This document shows positions 58,085 through 64,000 of a DNA stretch of 64,000 bases, piece after piece. The notes below the pieces were generated by a model. It saw nothing but the letters and a program-made list of their open reading frames with translations, ran no database searches and had not been told where the DNA came from. The stretch's first letter is position 1. The number at the start of each line of letters is the position of its first letter. The translations under genes were made by a program, and so were the position numbers. This DNA comes from Anthoceros angustus (taxonomy: Eukaryota > Plantae > Anthocerotophyta), in assembly GCA_010909165.1 (NCBI GenBank), contig MU008166.1:682001-746000 (forward strand). The letters are read 5' to 3'.

Positions 58085-60149
58085 AAACTTGTGTATTCTC
58101 AATTATAAATCCCAATTGTTATCAACATTTTTCTCACACTATTTAAAACTAAAATGACAAATAATGTTGCTCTAGACTTCACCTTTAATTCTCAATTGCC
58201 CACTTGTAAATTTTCCAATTGTTCTTAATTATTTCCAAATTATTAACTCCTAATTTTCAGACTAACCCAATTCCCATCTACTTTCTCTTCCTCCGTTATG
58301 GATTGAAAAAATAAATTACCTTATATTACAATAGAATATAAAAAATTATGTCATTTGTTTTAATAAAAAATCTTCATTATATCCTTTTATTGATACAATG
58401 GCCTACATAGATTTCATTCTATCATATCTTTGTCTTTGTTCATAGAAGGAACAAAACCTCATTCGCACAAATATACAACCTTAAATTATAGTACCACATA
58501 ATAGTTTTCTTTAATCCTTTCCCATTTTTAGTAACTCTTGTTTGGAATCTTTTTTTATCTTCTCAATACTTTGTAACCTTTTTCAATTCTTCTAATCTTC
58601 TTCTTGGATTTATGTAATAAGTAGAGATCACTTGTGTAATAAACAAAGATGATCCAGATATGGTCTCTAGTACCATCTTTGTTTATTACAAAACAATCCT
58701 CATTCTCATTTATTCTGATTTGAATATAGGTAAAAATAAAAAAATGCATAGAAGTATCTAGATAGAAGTATTTAAAGATAGAAAAAGAAGAAAGATTCTC
58801 AGTCTCAATTACTTTATCTTATAATAGATAATCGAATCTATTTTTACCACTCTTCATCTACTTCTATTCATTTTTTTCTATGTATTTCTATGTGTTCATG
58901 GATGGGTTTAATATGTGTCAAGTTCCCTTGTGCAAACTGTCACTACAAGTAATGAGAATAAAAAATTAAAATTTTTTTATTACATCAAGATCTAATTCTT
59001 ATTCAATCTAACATGAAGATAATTTTTACTTAATAAAGAAAATACTCATTGTATATGTATCTCTCACTATATCAAACTAAAATAAAAATGAGGTGTTGCT
59101 CTAAACTTCTTCCTCTTTCGATTTTCAATTCTAAATTTTAAATTTTTCACAATTGATTCAAAATTCTCAATTCTCAATTTTCATATTAACCCAATTCTCA
59201 CCTATTTTTTCTTTCTTGATTTCAAATTAAAAATATGAATTCAATTATCTTATGATATGATATAGAAACGTTGTTATTTATTATAGAATTCTTCATTATC
59301 TCTTTTTATCGATATAATGGTCTCTATAGATTTATTTCTCTAATATCTTTGTCTTAATCATGTTCATGGAAGGAACAAAAACTCATTTAAACATATGTAC
59401 AACCTTAAATTCTAGTATCACATAACAATTTCTTTAATCCTTTCCCATTTTCAGTCACTCTTGTTTGAAATCGTTTTTAATGTAGATGGTCCAGATATTG
59501 TATATGGTAATATCTTTGTTTATTACATAAAATCTTCATTCTCATTGAATCTAATTTTAATATAAGAAAAAAAATAAATGGATAGAAGTAGAAAAAAGTA
59601 TTTAAAGATAGGAAATAAAAATTTTCTATCTTCAACTGCCTACTTCTATCCATTTCTATTTATTTCAATCGACCAATCTATGTTTATTACGTAAAGATCC
59701 TTGTTATCAATTAATTTATCTAATATGAGATAATTAATTATATTTGCAACATTACGTCCTCATTCATTTGCAACATTCCTTCATGATGTTCATTCCTCAT
59801 ACGTCCTCATTCATTCATGATGTTTTCATAAAATTATTGCAACATCTCAACATTTACAACAAAATGTATGTAGGACTCAAAACACAAGCCCATTCTTATA
59901 TGGGCCCATATTTATAATATTAAAAATATCCAGAAAATAAATATAAATAAATATTATAATTAAAGTGAATTATATCCTGATATCTTTTTAAAGTTTTACA
60001 ACGCCATTTAAAACATCACGCTCACATACTCTTTTACAGCGTCATTTGGGATGTCATGTCCCTATATTTACAACGTTATTTGCAGTAGTCGGGCATTTAC
60101 AATAGATAGAATGAACATTGCAAAACACAAGTCTAATATAATAAAGACC
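58085..60149. repeat. AT-rich block containing a diverged direct duplication of about 930 bp (likely a decayed transposon)
   Basis: ctcacactatttaaaactaaaat (about 58133) matches ctctcactatatcaaactaaaat (about 59062); catagaaggaacaaaa (58441) matches catggaaggaacaaaa (about 59366); no long ORF. Confidence 0.65.
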
Positions 60150-61509
60150 CGGTTTTCTTGTGTAGCCTAAGGAATTTCGTCAAGCGGCTTTTGCAGGTTT
60201 TAGTCAACATCATCGGCCTAGGCACCTTCGAGTGTGCGGCCGAGGATCTTGCGAAGCGGCAGGTGTTCCTTCACGTCACTTTTAGAGGCACGGGTTTACT
60301 GGCCACGGAGGCCCCGCGCTAGCAACTTTCTTAGGGAGCTGGGCTTCTCTGCCCCCATCTTGTCCTCCCATTTTTTAAATCGGCATTCACATATCCTGGA
60401 TGCTTTTGTCGCAGGCGCTGAGGAGGGGACTTTTCCCATGGAGGCCTTGCTAAGATTAGCTAGGGACTCTTTATCCTCCGAGGCGAGGGCTGCCATGCCG
60501 TCTTTTTCCTCCTTCCCGAGGTTGGGCTCCGGGGGCTTCAAGCGTCCCTCTTGGAGAAACAGTACAGGCAGGCGTAGTTGGCCCTCTTCTGGGATTCCTC
60601 CATTCCTAGGCCCACTCCCGCTCGTCTCCGCTCTTGCTCGGAAAAGGGGGCAGGCCCGTAGCTTTTGGCTCGACCCAATATTCAGGCGTTCCACATCACA
60701 CCTTCAACTTTTTCCACCGCGATGTGTTTTCGCCTGGGCTTGGTCCATCCTCTGGCTTGCTCTCTTTCAACTTGCAGATGCGGGGCCCCTCTCGATGACT
60801 TCGAGACACACTTGGCTTGCTGTCCAGTGGGTGGGCAGCGCATCACTATGCTTGACGTCGTCCGGGACGTCATGTCGGGTTCCTTCTATTTAGGGAGCGC
60901 CCTTACACCCTACTCAACGGGGTTTCACTTAGGGCTGATCTAGTCTTGACCCGGAGGGATCTGGTTTCAGTTGCTAACGTGGTTGTAACTGATCCCACCC
61001 GGGATAGCGTCTGCGAACATGTCATCCCTAACCCTCTAGGTTGGGCGGCGGAGGGATGCGACGACTAAGGTCCACAAGTACTCTCCTATGCAGGACGGCC
61101 AGGCCTTCATCCCCCTTGTCGAGACTCACGGAGCCATGGGCAAGGATTTCTCTAGGTTCGTCAAGGCCTGCGCCAAGGCTTATCATAGCCGCAAGAATGG
61201 GGTTGGCCTCCCCCTTTATTGTATTGTTGCTTTTCTTCCGGCAGAAGGTTTCCATCGCTTTGGAGAGGGCATTGGCCAATGTACTGTACAGAACGACAGC
61301 GAGCGTGGGAGATGCAGCTTCTTCGGCACCGGTGCTAAGTAGGCCTTTTCACATCCCTGACCACGAAGTTCTTGGGGCGGTTGGTAGTTTTCAAATGCGT
61401 GATCATGGGGGCTAGTCCCCTGGCATGGTGCCCTTCGTTGGGTTTTTTCTCTTTTGTTTTTTGGATGGATGGGGTTTTCCCATCATATAATAAAGTCTTC
61501 TTTTCTGCG
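60150..61509 (+). mobile_element. 5'-truncated CRE-like non-LTR retrotransposon with a candidate target-site duplication
   Basis: Homologous to 40400-41700 (FRLGL..CRCGAPLDDF..HLACC; VVVTDP; KVHKY; FIPLVETHGAMGKDFSRFVKAC); flanked by aatataataaagacc (60135-60149) and aatataataagacc (61510-61523). Confidence 0.75.
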
Positions 61510-61762
61510 AATATAATAAGACCATATCGACAAGCACTCTCGATAGCAACAAGCCCCAAAAGAATTGCTAGAAACCTTTGTATGCGGAAAAGGACCGAAG
61601 TAGTCGAGTATGATTCATACAAAAACTATATCTCCGCTATCTCAGCCCGTAAACAGGTCCAGCATTCCGCCCAGTTTGAGATCCATTGCAGTTCCAAAAA
61701 GCTAGGCGGAGGGCACCAGTTACCTACGGTCTACCGAAGGGGGCAAGGGTTTCATTGCGCGC

Positions 61763-61980
61763 AAGAAGAAGAAGAAGAAGAATTTTATTTAAGTCCACTA
61801 AGGACGGATTTCCATCATGGGACTTGGTACTTAACAACTTGTACCATGGTGTGCCTAAGCTACTTGCTCCAAGGGCATCCACTCCCTTTAGGCACCCCAT
61901 CTAAGTACCGATCTAAGCTCAGGATGCTTAATCATGGCGTTCTTATAAATGTGCGTCCATTTGGCCTAAGCCATTTGGAC
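61763..61980 (-). mobile_element. Complete monomer of the (TTC)n-tailed SINE-like repeat
   Basis: On the minus strand it runs from gtccaaatggcttaggccaaatggac to ..tggacttaaataaaattcttcttcttcttc; flanked by a direct repeat cgcaaga (61760-61766 and 61980-61986). Confidence 0.7.
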
Positions 61981-62200
61981 GCAAGAGGCGAAGAGACGAG
62001 AAACGCCTTGAGACGTCTCCCTGACCGGTTTGCTTTCCTTTCACGCCCAAGTGACACAGTTTCGCCGAAACCAACCGTCGGCACGGGCGAAACCTCTTTC
62101 TTTCTCTCGAATAATGTGTGGACATTGTAGTCTACATTCAGCATCTCATTTGAGACTCGAGAGGTGTTTAGGGTTCAAGGTTGGCACGGGAGCGGTTCCT

Positions 62201-63990
62201 TCATCTCACCAAGCTCACCAAAATTACCAAAACGCACAGGATTAGTGGGTGGATCATTCCCCGCTCAGCCCCTGTTAACCAGATTGCAATCATGCTCTTA
62301 GCAGCTTGGAAAGACGGTGAACGATGAGAGGGCAGATTGGCACCAAGGCAGCAATAGAGCATGATGGCTTGAGCCAGTGTCAAGGCTCCTACTTTCTTGG
62401 CAAGGCCAACAAGAGTGCGATCACGCTGGGACAGGGCCTTCACCTGGCAGTGCAGTGTAATGCCACATGCAGATGTTGTGATGTCAGATGTCTGCCAGGA
62501 GCGGCAGGCTGGAGGCGCTGTGCATGCCCCAGTGGCTCACCTGATTTGCAAGAAACTGGAGCTGCGGCTGGGGCTGCGCTTGCTCGTCGGAACTCTTGCG
62601 TGATTCCAGCTGCAGCAGATGAGCCCGGATCTGGTACCACGCTGCTCTGTGCTGGTCCAGCTGTTTCTTGATCTTCTCGCACTGCTGGTCCACCGCCTGC
62701 AGGACTGAGGGACTCTGTTGTTGTTGCGGGTCCCTTGCGTCGGTTGCTTGGTTCGAATTGGCGTTCTCTGCCGAAAGGATTGCGACGCGCTCAGGCTGGC
62801 GGTCATCCTCCGACTCGCGCATGCGCTGCCTGGCTCGTAATTCCTGTGCTTCCTCTTCTTTGCGGGAGAGGAGAGTCTCCAGCTCCTGCCGGTGCAGCTG
62901 GTCGGCAACATGCTGGCTCATGAGCTTCGCCAGTTCTTGTTCCTTCAACCCTAGCGCTTCTTGCTGAAGCAGCTTCTCGTCCTCTTGCTCCTTCAACCTG
63001 GCCTGGAGATACGAGATCCTTTGCTGCAGGTCCTGGAACCCCGGCGACTCTAGTGATGGCCTGGGGCTGCGCAGGGCCAGCCTCTCCTCGTCTTTCTCCT
63101 TCACCATTTCCTGCAGGTCAGCGATCCTTTGTTGGAGATCCTGGTCGGTCGGGTCTTTCACGCCGCTTGCACCAAGAACTTCGTGCATTTTGAAAATACT
63201 TCCTCGCTCGATTGCGCCTCCATACAAGTAGATCACCTGTAGAGATCATTGTTTCAAGAGCAGGCTGTGGCCCTGGCCCAGCCAGCAAGTGCTAGTGCAG
63301 CCGCATTTGCGATTGCTACCAGCGTGGGATCTGCGATATACCTGTCTAATCAGTAGGTCAAGCTTGGCCTCTGCCGTTATCCTTCGATCCTCCTCATCCT
63401 GGAGTCTCCTCAGCAGAAGCTGCTCAGGGCCCTCCCCTGGGACTTGTACGAAGCCCGCACTCTCCGGTCTCTCCTCCGCATCATCCTCTACTTGCTCACG
63501 CCAAGAGGACCACTCGTCGATTTCCTTAGCCAGCTGCTCTTGGAGCTGAGCTCGCAGCGCCTCCTGCTGACGAGGGTCGACTTGCTCAAGCTCCTTGTTA
63601 CTGCCTCCCACCTCCTCCTGATCCCTTCTCCATTCGTCCACCTCCGTCAGCAGCTGTTGTTCAAGAGCCTTCCGTAGTGCCTTCTGTTGCTCCAAATCCT
63701 TCTGTAGCAACTGTATCTTCCGATCCTTCTCCAGGAGCATCTCCTCACGAGCTAGGGTTTCCTGAGCCCGCTCCTCATAGTAACCCAGATGCTCCTCCAG
63801 AGCTTGTCTCTCACCTTCGTACTTGAACACTGTAACTTTGTACTCTTCCAGCAGTGACTCGTAGGCCTCGATATCCCTTTGCTGCGTGCTCAGCCTTTCC
63901 TCCCCCTCCTCGTATGTTTTCTTTTGCTCAGCTAACTTCCTTTGGTCCTCTTCATGTTCAATCTTCAACTCTTGCAACTTGTCCAACATC
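62201..63990 (-). CDS. Coiled-coil protein with a C-terminal hydrophobic segment (paralogue A); 5' end lies beyond the window
   Basis: E/Q-rich exons at about 63990-63345 and 63235-62540; terminal exon VKALSQRDRTLVGLAKKVGALTLAQAIMLYCCLG..LILCVLVILVSLVR*. Confidence 0.65.
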
Positions 63991-64000
63991 TGGTTTTGGT

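Overview
Gene-dense eukaryotic nuclear DNA from an early-diverging land plant, with short GT-AG introns. A hornwort such as Anthoceros is the best guess. This is inferred from a PLS-class PPR gene ending in a DYW:KP 'GRP' deaminase domain, a type known from hornworts, some lycophytes and ferns and linked to U-to-C organellar RNA editing. About 17 protein genes or gene pieces are supportable: a RopGAP 3' end, BLE2-like ARM protein, EAF7/MRGBP, an EF-hand protein, a secreted-type polyphenol oxidase, the PPR-GRP gene and its inverted truncated copy, two multi-lobe calmodulin-like genes, a 4-helix/U-box/SPRY-SPRY gene, an alpha/beta hydrolase with a partial tandem copy, a Gly-rich PDF1-like gene, two inverted RPS28 genes, a NYN/LOTUS nuclease, a membrane protein, a DREB/ERF factor and two paralogous coiled-coil genes. 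Features absent from the ORF track include five box C/D snoRNA paralogues downstream of the two RPS28 copies, three tRNA-Pro-derived elements (one a full cloverleaf with an expanded anticodon arm), LINE and CRE-like retroelements, and a (TTC)n-tailed SINE-like family. Several frameshifts are single-base losses in homopolymers and look like long-read consensus errors. All homology calls come from motif recognition and no searches were run.
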